Origin: Lingula anatina
Lineage: Eukaryota > Animalia > Brachiopoda
Assembly (NCBI GenBank): GCA_051362555.1
Contig: CM120640.1
Span: 50,012,788-50,076,787, forward strand
DNA: 64,000 nucleotides
Reading direction: 5' to 3'
Within the stretch, counting starts at the first letter, position 1; each line of letters begins with the position of its first letter. The translations under genes were made by a program, and so were the position numbers. Positions 14,793 to 27,330 of this stretch are shown one piece after another. A model generated the notes under the pieces. The model was not told where the DNA came from. It did not search any database and worked only from the letters and a program-made list of their open reading frames with translations.

Positions 14793-16343
14793 GCATGTTC
14801 ATTTATGGTTGGACTAAACTTTTTAAACATTTTGTAGTTCTGTCGTCTGCTGTGATATCAGTTTTGTGACACTTTTCATTAATAGAAGTCAGAACTTACT
14901 TGATATGCCATATTAAATCTAGTCCAGATTAAGTTTTTTAGCTTGTCCCTAAGTCAGATTCTTGTGCAATATCTGACACATTACTGGTCTTGAATTGGAC
15001 TGGAGACCTTGGTACTATATATTTTACATGATATTTAATTATATGGATGCTGTTTTTATCAACATGGTCACTTATTATTTGAATTGGAATGTGCACACTG
15101 GAAAGGGACAAAAATGAAGGTGAAGTAAAATAATATTGTCACAATTTTTTAACACAATTTGTATAGGTATGTCTGGTTATATGCACTGTGGACTCAAAAG
15201 AAATAGTATGTGTGTTAGTATAGTATGTGTGAAATAGTCAGAAAATGTTACTTAAGTGTCAACTCAGATGTGGCCTTTACTTATTATAGATGTGCGGCAT
15301 ATCGTGGAGTTCCATGCTGCCTTAAGCAGTCAGATAAGATCTGCTTTAAAATTGCATTTTAAATTTACTTACATTTTAACTACATGTCCCAAGTGTTAGA
15401 GCAATTCGTGAGCCTTGTCACCCAAGTATACAACCATGTTTGGTGGAAGTAGGGCCATTTTTCTGCAAGAATGTGAAGCTTGTGGATAATTATAACATTA
15501 TGAATGGGTGGATTCTGTCCAAGTGTGGGTAGTTATATATTCCAACCCAAAAATTTTCCCAGTGCTTCAGAGCAATGTCTTGAAAGCATAGCAACACTGT
15601 GATATATATTACTCTTTATACACAAAGCATTGTAGTTTTTGTTAGCTTGTGTCAATGTGGATAAGATGTAGTTTACACATTTTAATCAATTCCAATATTT
15701 TTTCTGTAAATTGGTTTTCGACTGAAGAAGAAGAGAAATTTGTATGATGAAGGAGAATTTATTTTAGGACATTTTGAATTTCTCTTGTAGATTTTCGAAG
15801 AGATTGTGAATAATTGAACGTTAATAATTTTTATCTTGGAACATACATTCTTGGAACAACAATCTCAAAAATCTGCTTCTGTTTAATTTTTGTGTTACGT
15901 TATTATTTACTAGTATTTTAACTTTTTAAGTATTAACATGTACGTTCAATAATATGTCAGGTTTTGTTTTCCTCATTCACGTAAGAAATCCTTTGTTATG
16001 TTGTCTTATTTATTGAGAATGTCACAATCAAAGTAAGTGCGGTAACTTGTATCATACGTGACACCTCCCAGTATTAATTGTTAGTTATTATAAATAAACC
16101 ATTGAAAATTTTCCATGGGATTTGTGATTTGAAAAAAAAAAATGAACATTTTGTACGGCGTGCTCAGAAGTTCTCAACACAAGTAGCTTCAAAACAAAAG
16201 TCAATATTATATTAGTCCTTAAACGGGGCGTGTGAACTTTGTCAAGCAGATCCTTCAAACAACTAATTCCAGTAATACGTTGTAAGCATACAGGCAAAAA
16301 AAAAACAAACTTTAGGTGAATACAATTTGTCAATACTTCAAGA

Positions 16344-19300
16344 TTATACCACGCATTCACAGTTCTCGTCATCAAACACCAAAACTACCGAGTCGCTATT
16401 CTGTCCATCTGAGGTTACAGTTTTTGCATGTAGTTTCTGGTTGGCAATCTGGGCTCCTTTGTGTAAATTGTCAACGTCTTCCTCGTGTATCGTATGGGCG
16501 CTGTCGCCAGACAGGTAGCGTGTGCGCACTGAATCGAATGTCACTGTCTTATTTTGCTTGTGCGGTTTCCACATTTTACTTTCATCATTCTGTGGATTAT
16601 TTCCAGTCGCAGCTACTACTACTGATTCTTTGCTGGACTGCTGAGTTGATCCAATGTAACACTGGGTTTGAGGGAATGGTTTACAAGAAGGAAATTGCTC
16701 GTGGTGCTGCGCTCTTTCGGACCATTTTCTAACGTCACACCTTTCTTCGATTGCATCAAGACGCTGATGTATAGTCTTCATAACAGTGCATAATTCAGAT
16801 AGTTTCTGGTGGATGCTTAAATCCGCATTTGCCTCTTCATTTTCATGTTCATTTAGGCCGATTTCTAAAATTGGTTTAAGCATTTCCCATACATCCCGCT
16901 TCTTTCGTATCTCACGGTTCTCAAAGTATTCATCGAGACTGACTCGACTTTTTAGAAGTTGGGCCAGCCATGAGTCACTTAGATGGAGGTAAAGCTCTAT
17001 GGACATTATTTGCTGTTTCATCTGTGCTATGTGCCGCACTGCCTCCACATCTCCTACAGCTAGACCAATGAGCAGGTTGTTCAGGATGATCACAACTAGT
17101 AAACAAAAGATTATCAACATAACTACACCTAAATCGTACTGTTGCGTCCTATTGATAAAATTCTCATGGTAACCGAGCTCGCCGAAGCTCATCAAACCTA
17201 CTGTTATAATCGAAACGCCAGCCGTTTGAAACATGGTGATCGAGTTCTTGAGGGCGTAGAAAGCCAAACCAAACGCTATTACAAACGTGAGTAATATCCA
17301 AATGACTTTGAGAAGGGTACCCAGTAGTATCTTGATCATATGGACGTATATACCAAAGACCGGGATGAGTTCTAGAAACAGAACAAAATCCAACCACGCT
17401 AAGAAGACGGCTACGGAACCCAGCTGCATTCGGACGTCATCGCTGAAATAATCTTTTGGTAAAAACTCTCCAAGTGCCCCGAGAGTGAAAAGAAAACTTG
17501 TGATATATAAGGCCCATTCTATAAAATTGTCAAACTCCATGTATGCTGTTATTCCCTGGACTTTCAATTGACACAGTTCTTTTATCATCTGGATAAGTAT
17601 GGTTGCCATGACAATTGTTGCCAGAGCGGTGTGGTAATTCCCTCCGTGCAACACTTCCGCATATTTCTCGGAGGTGCTATTTAGATTATGGGTAATATTC
17701 ATGTAATGAATATCCGTTTCCATAACTATCAAAGAAGTCAGTAGGCACAAAAACACCACAAACGTGAAGAAATTCAAGAAGTAGACATACACTCCAAACT
17801 TCTGCCAACTGACCGCCACTAGCTTTTCGACCACGGGGTGGTGCATGCATCGTACGTACGTAGCGTTTTCAACCGCGTCCATCTTGATCAAAGCTTTTAG
17901 TGGAGTATTGTCACCGTGGCCTTTCAGATACCTGAAGTCGTAACGAAAGCGCTGGAATTTCTTCTGGCGAAAGGAAGACGTATTACCCTGGGGAAGTTTA
18001 TCGTATAATTCACGCAAGTTTATTTCCCCGTCACCATTACGATCGAAAGTGGTAATAATTTGGTCAACTTCCTCCTCTTGGAAATCGGTCCCCATCATCT
18101 GCAATCCTTGTCGGATTTCGTCTCGAGACAACGATCCACTATTGTTGGTATCCAATCGCTCAAATATAGTTTTGATTCGTAAACCCTTTTTTCGTGCGTG
18201 ATCGAACAGCTTAATCAGCGGATTGGAATCTTTTTCTTGTTTCTCCTCTTCCTGGGTGACGAACTGATCTAGAAATTTTTCTGCGGCGTCCGGCATTTTC
18301 TGCATTATTTCTGGCAGTTGAGGGTGGCCGTCAGGGCTGTTTGGCAAACGCAGGAATCTAAAAGACAAGGCGTGATGGATGATGAAAAAAGGTGTGCAGC
18401 GCATGTTTAATATTGTGAAAACTAAGAAAAAAGAAAGGTTGTAAATACTTTTCAATTTACATCTGTAAGATGACCAACAAGTTTCGTTTGTTTATTGATT
18501 ACCATCCTTCAAAAATGCAAAACAGAAGTAGAAATCAATGCAACATAGTTGCTTACCTTGCCCAATCAGGTCGTGACGCCAAAAGCAGTACAACATCTTC
18601 ATTGCCTGCAACCATAGCGACATCCAAGACGTTTTGTCTATGCCAGTTGTAACTAACCCTGCACCCCTGGTCCAAAAGAGCTTTCACGAGCTGAACGTGG
18701 CCTTGACGGGCGGATACATGGAGAGCTGTGTCCCCTTCACAATCAATCATATCCAATGAGGAGGAAAATACATTTAGGAGTTCTGTAACGCAATCTAAAC
18801 TTCCCGACTTTGCTGCCAAATGAAGAGGAGACTCCCCTTTTATGTTCTGAGATACGGAGGCCTTAAATTTGATCAGAGCTTTCACCATGGCGGCATTTCC
18901 AGCAGAACACGCTAGGTGCAATGGCCTGTTCTTAAAGTCGTCCTCGCAGTTGACAACAGCACCTCCGTGGACTAATTCTTTTAAGCATCCCGTAACGACT
19001 GTGTCAGAGGTGTAGTGAATAGCATACCTGCCGTAGCCATCACGGTCGCTGATGTTCCCCCCATATTGCAGTATCAAACGAACAGCTTCAGCGCTTTCCC
19101 TGGCAGCGTAATGAATGGGGGTGCAGCCAACCTTGTCAAATCTCTTTAATAAAGGTTTTGCTTCGTGTTTTTGTAACAAGAAGTGCAGAAGCTCTGGGTT
19201 TGTGACAGCTAGATGTAGGATATTTTTGTTCTCATCATTTGTTGTGTCAAAACGCGCACCGTTACTAAGAATAGCTTGCACTGACTGAAGGTTACCACGT

Positions 19301-20097
19301 AACACAGCAAGCGCCAGTGGTGTGCAGCCACTCTCATCTCTGGCCTCAATGTTCGCGCCGGCTTCTACCAACAATGTGACGATGAGGTTGCCATCTGTGA
19401 GAGAGCTGGCAGTGTGTAATGGCGTGAGGCCCTGGGTACCGTGAACATTGACATCTATATCAGCGTGGCTGAGTAACGCCTTTACAATGTTTACGTTGCC
19501 CGTGCACACTGCTGCGTGAAGCAGACGATCTTCTGTTCCATGCAAAGGGACATTTACATTGGTCGAGCGTCTCTTTGAAAGCGTGCGTTCTAGTTCTTCT
19601 TGATTTTGACTCAAAATTGAGTCCAAAATTATCTGACAGTTTAAAATATCAAGCTGAGGATCATTGGCATGCTCTCTTTTGTTTGGTTTCTCGGTTTTTC
19701 TAAGGAGTTGAAAGTTAAAACTGGGCGAGGAATCGTCTATCCAAGAAGATGGTCCGAATTCAAATAAGTTACTGTTTTGGAGATCTACAACTAGGATTTT
19801 CTCCAAAAACCACAAATGGCCAGAACCTTTCGGTACAATCTGCATTCTTTCTGGACTCCCTAAATTTTTAAACGTCTCGATTTCCATCCTAGTAACCTTC
19901 CCCTGTCGATGAAAAGTCCACGTCTCCTTGCGTTCATGGTTACCAAATAAGGTGATAAGTGATTCTGACCCCGCCAAATTTTCTGTGTAGTTGTCTGCGT
20001 ACACCAGAACTTCATACTTAAGTGAACTTGGTTTATCTTTACGAATACTATCCGTGTAGATAATTTTCCTATGTTTTAAACTCCCGTTTCTTTCCAT
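16344..20097 (-). CDS. TRPA-family cation channel with N-terminal PLAT domain, ~10 ankyrin repeats and an inserted EF-hand pair (~1184 aa)
   Basis: Exons 20097-18557 and 18357-16344 joined by a 199-bp GT-AG intron (AG|gtaag ... ttttag|A) that restores the frame (..PDWAR FLRLP..). TRPA hallmarks: MPDAAEKFLD, RYDFRYL, HPVVEKLVAVSWQKFG, six hydrophobic segments, pore MSFGELGY, NNLLIGLAVGDVEAVR, C-terminal coiled coil. Start codon is the first ATG of the ORF; an upstream exon is not excluded. Confidence 0.9.
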
Positions 20098-21096
20098 CTT
20101 CACTCTCTTTTGGCACGTAAAACGGTGAGATATGAACAAACTTGCACGTTCTTTAAAACCTTCAAAACACTTATCGCTTAGTCTGTAAACTCTGTGCGGA
20201 AACAATAAAGACCATAGGAATCAATACATCAAGCACCAGCCAATTGAGCAGTTTGGTAAAAGTTATGTGATCGAGAACATTCTTCATTGATAATCGATGG
20301 TCTTTCCTGTTGGAAACAAGCTAACTTGTTGTTACCGCTGCTGCCCCGTTAACAGATTAACAGCAAACCTGAACAAAGGCAATTTCTGAAATTCCAGAAG
20401 AATTCGATACATTTGAACCTAATTGCCTATAACTGATTTCACTATTATCATAATATCCCGGCCCCTTCATCAATGCTCAGTTCCAAGTTTTGGTTCCAAA
20501 AATATTGTGTCATTTCGTAAAGCGGTTAACGCAGATCTTGTAATCAATGCGATTTCACACTAATTGATCACTAAACTGCACAAAAAAGAGAAACAGCTTC
20601 ATCAATATCTTAAATAAATAATGAAGTAAATGAAGTAGACCAAATTAAATAAAGATCCAAATGATGTTTCTCCATCAGAAGATACCTACATGCTTAAATG
20701 ATATGCAACGGGACTTTCTAGTCGTGACGTCTAGAGTAAACCAAGTCAAAAGCACAGAAGTTTTTCCTGCTTTAGGTGATTATTGCTGCAATTGCATTAT
20801 TACTGCTGTTCATATGATAAATCAGTTACAATGTAAATAAATCTTGTTGTACAATGAATCACTTTACTAGGATCAGCAAATTACAGTGCCCTAGTAATAC
20901 AACCGGTTTATACAGTATATACGTTCACATACGCACTGTTGATCCCTCCTGCTCCTATTTCTTTTCCCTTTGTGTAATATTCGCTGATAAATGTGCATGT
21001 ATAAAATGTGCATGTTTCTATCACAGTGGCAACATCCATATATAAAGAATATGTATATCTAAAACGTGTTGTATCATATTTATTGAAAGATTGATT

Positions 21097-24000
21097 TCAC
21101 TGCAACAAGTATGTGAAATCAGATTGAACGCTTTCTGTTGACGGATGGGCGTCCCTTTTGAATATCACCACTGGTTGGACAAAAACCAGTCCTTTCATCC
21201 TACATGTCCCAATATCGTCACAATAGTATAACATGCACTCCAGTTTTATGTCCGTTTTCCCAGTTCTCCTCCCTCTGAACTCCAGCCAAGGCTGGTGGAC
21301 TAGGTCCGTCAGGCTGCCTTTAGCAGGAGATTCGCATTCAGTGACATCATCTACAATGTGAAGAAAAAAACTTATGAATACCTATTAAAATTCATTATCT
21401 AATTTTTAAGACTGATTGACTGTGTCTGTCAGGCTGCCTTTAGCAGGAGATTCACATTCATTGACATCATCTGCAAAGGGGAAAAAAATGATGAATACTT
21501 TTTCAAGTTTATTATTTAATTTTTAAAACCATTCCCATTATTTTGTCCAACAATCTGATCTAATGCCCTCTGATGATTCGTCTCATATGTAAGCATGTAA
21601 TACAAAAAAGGCCTACTGTATTCAAATAACACTAAATGAACCATTTTCAAGGGCCATATAAACACATAAATGATACAGCTGCACCTACCTTCCAGCCATA
21701 TCTGCCATGCACTGGGTGCCCCCTCTGTCAAGTGCCAGTGTTCAGGTAACTGTATATTGAGGTGACACAGTAACAGCTGCCCTTCCAGCAAATTTAGCTG
21801 CTCTAGAGTGACAAGCTCTGCCCTGGCTGGGGTCAGGCGTTTGAAGACTGGCTGTGGAAGGGAGTCAGTGCAGTCTAATTCTGTGAGCGTAGGGAATATC
21901 ACAGGGAACTGAAATTAATTTTTTTTCTTTTTTATTTGCAAATGGTGTTGATGAAAAACAGGCATTTTTTTGTTACAAAACAAACTAAATAAGTAAATAC
22001 CGTGAAATTGCTGACATATGGATTCTGTCATTCAGAATGAGTTAGGTTGACAGTTTCACTAGCTAGTATGCATTAATTTAACAGGGATTTTGGACGATTG
22101 CAATCAGATTAGCATGCTTCTTGTTTCCAACATACTGGCATAACCACCCCTTTCTGTATATTCTACTCAATGGCAGGAGGTGTGTTAGTCTGTTAATCTG
22201 ACTGCATTCAGTAAATGCGCATTCCCATAGATTTTAGATCGATCTATCCCCGTGGGGAGTCTCACTAGATTACTGTCAGATAATCCGGCTTAAATGTCCG
22301 TCCCGCCTACTACAAGCTGTAAGGGGATAATTAACTTTCGTGCCCCCTCGGCTGACAGGTATTTAGCGTGAACCCCCAGGGAGTTGGGTCGATCTAGTTG
22401 GATCGATCTAATCTCTGGGAATGGGGTCTAAGAGTCCCCATGGAGTTACTGTGCACTAGCTAGTACAACTCACTCTGAATGGTCCCTTACAAAACAGTTG
22501 TTTTCAATATATAAAATGCTTAAACAAAAAAAGAACACATCAATCATTCACATGTTAGAGGCACTGAAGTTGTGACTGTTATTTCTGATTTGTAAAATGA
22601 TGTACCTACCTCTGCCACCTCCTTGGTGGATAGATCATAAACTTTGATGGAGTGGTTATTGGTATCAGCAATGTACAAATACTGTCCAGTTGGGTCCAGT
22701 GCCAGCCCTCCTGGTTCATTAAAGGCAGCATCTGTAGCACTGCCACACCTGTTCCCTGGTTCACCTTGGCCCAGGATGGTGGTGCTGGTCTTAGTTGATG
22801 GATTAATTAACTTCACCTTCAGAAAATAGATATTTATAAACAGGTGATGGCAATTTTCATAGTTACATCGACTACATTTACATTAACTGCAAAAGAAATC
22901 TCTGTAAGGGACCATTCACAATGGATTTTATCCGCCTAGTTACTGCATGCTAACTCCACTGGACTTCGCTTGTTTCTAATGTACTTGTAAAATCACCAGC
23001 TTTTCTGTATTCTACAGTACTCAATGCCAGGACATACATATTACATTTACATCAGATGAAGTAGAGGTCTTTACTTGGAACTCGGTGCCCTGTTCTGTAA
23101 GTAAGCATGGTCCATAACAAACCTTGTGGTTGTACGAGTCAGCCACTGCCACCTGGTCTTCTCCAAACATAGCCACACCCAAAGGATGCTGCAACTTGGC
23201 ATCAACACCCTTGCCATCTACATCTCCATAGGCAAACAGATTCTGAAAGGTTGGCAAGGATATTTATTTCTTTGAAAATTGATCAATTTATTTTATTTCA
23301 ACAAGGATAGAAAAATTTCATGTTTGATGTTCCAGCCCTAGCAATAATAATGTATCACTTTGATTTGAAGCACGTGTAACATGTTAAATTTCATAAAGGA
23401 GGCTTTGATTAAAAACTTTTCAACTTTTTGCTAGAAATGTATACATTCCCATTTTCTCCCCAAGGAGGTATCATATCAAAACTTTTTTTTAGTATTTGTC
23501 AGAGAAATGTTTGCATTCTACAGATCTTGTAAACTGAAGTTGTGTGATGAACTTTCAACATGAAACATTTTATTTAAAAAGGGCATACTGACACATACCA
23601 TAGGATCCCTTTCCCCACCAACAAGTGCCTTCACACTACCATCTTGCAGGGAGATCATACGCACTGTTGAGCTCTCACTATCTGCCACATACAGCATATT
23701 CTTAGTGGAATCTAAGGCAAGACCTGAAGGCTGTGCAAAACAAGCACGGGCTGGGTAGCTGTTGTTACGATTCTCCTCTTTTCCACTTCCAGCAAACCTT
23801 ACACAGGTGCCTTTACTGTATTGGCTGTAAAATTTGGTAAAATAACTTAATAAATGTGCCATTACTTCAGCATAATTGTATATTCTAGAAAGTATAAATG
23901 CTTATAATAACATGAGTTTTATCTACAAACAGAAATCTACTTCATAATTAAACCTAAAACCTTATAGTGCAACACTTCAATATATTTTAGTAGTACAACA

Positions 24001-26416
24001 AAATAACTAAACAATACAGACAGATATCAAAATCAATTTCGCAGTCAATGTAAAATAAAAATAAACAGTACCTTCCCTTCAGCCACTTCCCATCCTCCAG
24101 AAAATACATCCATATTTGATGTATTCCAGCCATAGCAATAAATAAAACATTTGGGTCTGATGAACCTGTAAATACAATCAAAGTAACATGTTTTTTTACA
24201 GGTAACAATCAAATTATATTACTATATTTTTTTCCATGAAAAACATTTTTACACTTATTAATTAAACAAAACCTGAACTTACACTAAAATCTTAACACTA
24301 AAATACAGGAAAATGGTACATTTGAATACAAATACAGCACCTACACATGTCACACTGTCAACGTTTGCCTGTCTTACCCACAGACTTCCCCAGGACAAGA
24401 TCCCAAGGTGAGCTGATCTCCTGGTCAGTCCCCTGCTGCCCCCCTTCATGATCATGGCCCTGCTTTCCTGTACCACACACAGTCTCAACTTGCTTGGAAT
24501 CCAGGCATATCTAAAATATTATAACTTAATTTGACTGCATATAATTTAATTGGAATCAAAACCAATGATATATGAAAATAAAGGTGAAAAGTATAAAATG
24601 TTTGCTCACAAAAAGGCAAAAGCTGAAAATCTGAATGTAAAATTGGTATTCAGAATAAAAAAAGGTTCTTTCAAGCTTGCTGAAATGTAGTTAATTATCA
24701 TATACCTATCCAGGACAAAAAAGCAAAAAAAAAAAAAATATATTTTAAAAACCTCTGTTGTATAGTCTCTAACCTTTCTGACAGAATGGTTCTCTGTATC
24801 AGCAACAAATATTACATTCCCCAATGCTGCCACACCCTGGGGACTGCTAAACATAGCCTCTGTAAAATGTCCATCTCTCAGACCAGCCTTTCCACTTCCA
24901 ATACATTCCTGGAATATCATCATTTGACTCAGTTTCATTCATACCTATTTAATCAAAGCTTAATTCTGCTACTTGGTAGCATGATAAAATGTCAATATTA
25001 AAATCTCTCTAACAGTATAAGTCGATTTTCCTTAAGATAATCATGTTCTAAAAGTACATATTGATGTCACGAATACTTGAATTTCGTTTGAAACTAAAAA
25101 TCCACTAAACAAGAGTTATCTACCTGGACTACTCCCTGTCTATCTGTGACCAGTATCCTATGGTGTCCACTGTCTGAGATGACCAGGCTTTCCTCAACAA
25201 CACAAACCTTGCCAGGAAACAACAGAGGGGAAGGTGGGATAGAATCTTTATACAATTTCATCTCAACACTCGCATCAGATATCTGGCCACGAGATTTGAA
25301 GTAGTCAAGTGCTACGGAAACAAATTCTAGGAGTTTCTCTCTGTGTCCTTCACCTACAAAGGTGTATAATAACTGTCCTTCTGGGCCTAAAACCAGGAGT
25401 GTCGGCCAACACTGGATGCTCAACTGGTGCCATAGAGAAGCATCAGCATCATTGACAACAGGATGGGTGATATTGTACCGTAATACAGCACTGAGAATGT
25501 TTGCTGATGTTTTCTCATTGTCAAACTTGGCAGAGTGTACCCCAACCACCACCACACCATCCGTGACTGTGAACTGTTGTTCCAGGGCATGGAGATCAGG
25601 CAAGATGTGGATGCAGTTGATACAGCAGTAGGTAAAAAAATCTAGCACTACCAACTTGCCTTTGAGGTTTCCATACAAACTGAGAGGGGAAGGCACATTG
25701 AACCACTCTAAGCCTGTAATAAGAGAAAATCCTGCTTGCAATGGTAAAATTACAACAGTAAAAAAGATTATTAAAGTGAAAACTGAACACCTGGTTACAT
25801 ATACTAAATGTAATTCTGTCTTAAAGTATACTCACTATTCTTTTATTTCAAAGGGCAAATGTAAGGAATAAAATGGCATTAAACAAAATATGATACAAAC
25901 TATATTAAACCACAAATAATATTTTCCTATTAATGATTCAGAAAGGTGGCTAATACAGGATGTGACGTTACTGTTGCCATTTAAATATTAAAATATCACT
26001 AATTCTAACGCATTTTAATTTCCAGCTTCAAAAAGGAAACAAAATACAAACACAAATTTAAACATATGCTCGAATGTATATTAAATAAGAAATCGCTGAT
26101 AAGAAGTAGGATAAAAACACTTGAAGACTAGAAGACTAGTGCTTTAGACCTTCATTTTGGTAATCACACTTTTCTTGTACCGGGTAGTGCCAGTAAGACC
26201 GGTTATTGAGACATATACACCCATGAAAAACGGAAATTTTTAGACAAGAAAATTACCCTGCTTAAAATCCGGACAAACTGTGTATTTTCCTTTGGTTAAT
26301 TTCTTCACATGATCTTGGATGTATTGTCGACGTTCAGCTTTGTCGTCTATGCCAGTTAACTGTTCTTCCAGCTCAAAACAAGCTGATTGAAATGCTGTGA
26401 CATTCACACCCGCCAT
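21097..26416 (-). CDS. NHLRC2: NHL repeat-containing protein 2 (thioredoxin-like + NHL beta-propeller + C-terminal beta domain)
   Basis: Exons 26416-26257, 25713-25124, 24908-24774, 24510-24378, 24165-24072, 23824-23599, 23242-23123, 22816-22610, 21908-21689, 21350-21097, all frame-compatible. Diagnostic [51 protein letters not shown] motifs. Confidence 0.96.
21290..21530. repeat. 120-bp tandem duplication spanning the NHLRC2 last-exon acceptor
   Basis: GTCAGGCTGCCTTTAGCAGGAGATTC.CATTCA.TGACATCATCT occurs at ~21308 and ~21428, with continued similarity in the intronic flanks. Confidence 0.9.
22220..22423. mobile_element. Fold-back MITE in an NHLRC2 intron
   Basis: CATTCCCATAGATTTTAGATCGATC at the left end pairs with GATCGATCTAATCTCTGGGAATG at the right end; GC-richer than flanks. 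Confidence 0.55.
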
Positions 26417-27330
26417 ATTTTGTGACCTACTTTCTTAGCAATTTGATTGGAGGAAAGCGAGGAAATCCCAACTGATTTTTTGATCACATGGGAAGGGAAT
26501 TCCCAATAAACGATGAACGCAAGAGTTGCAAAATGAATCGGGAAATTAAAACACCACACGCAGTATGAAATATGATAACAAAATAAGTTAGCCTCTGCAT
26601 AATATATTTGCATAGAAAAACTGATGGCAAGTGAAAGGCGACACTCCTGCTTTTTTTCATTTTCTAGTAATCAATGTAGGGCTACTGTCGGCAGTACTGC
26701 AGATTAACGAGGTCAGGTTTATTGAAAAACACCCAAGGCGAAGGTACTCGACAGATGCCACAGGCAACATTTGTGTCGGCATGAATAATGTGAAAGTAAT
26801 TTTATTACTTGGTGGAAAGAGAGACATACTGGCAATTGTGTCGATGTGAGTGGACTCACATCATTTTGATAAGGCAGACAGAATATTGGTACGTACATTA
26901 GCCTAGCTATTTCATGAAATAATCTATACCTTTATATCTAGAGATTCAGAAATATTGTAATATTTGTCACCCATAATTCGACTAAATTTATGAAATCAGA
27001 ATAAATGTGCTCAGATGTCAAAAGTCAATTATAAATATACTAGTAATAATGACTGAGAAATTATTTCCATGTACAAATGTGTAAGTTTTAAATTATAACA
27101 GTTAAAGATTATACTGCCAGTAGAACCACATGTATATGTACCAGTTGGGTCTATGCATACAGGTCCCAACTGCCATTTATTAAAAAAAATTATTAACTTT
27201 TATGGATTCTTTAATGTTCGTTAGATTCAAGTGCGATCGCTCAAGATACTAGCCATTTTGTAGCCATAGCACCGATAGCACCCTCAAGATGTTACCGCGC
27301 CTATAAAGAAATAATAAAAAGTCTGCTGGC

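Noticed and set aside
18358-18556. Two separate ORFs (550 aa and 703 aa) suggesting a split gene or pseudogene
   Set aside because: A canonical GT-AG intron joins them in frame.
24421-24450. Apparent frameshift in NHLRC2 exon 4 (ORF track shows GGSRGLTRR)
   Set aside because: The correct frame reads [16 protein letters not shown] with six G; the track ORF is an alternative frame.
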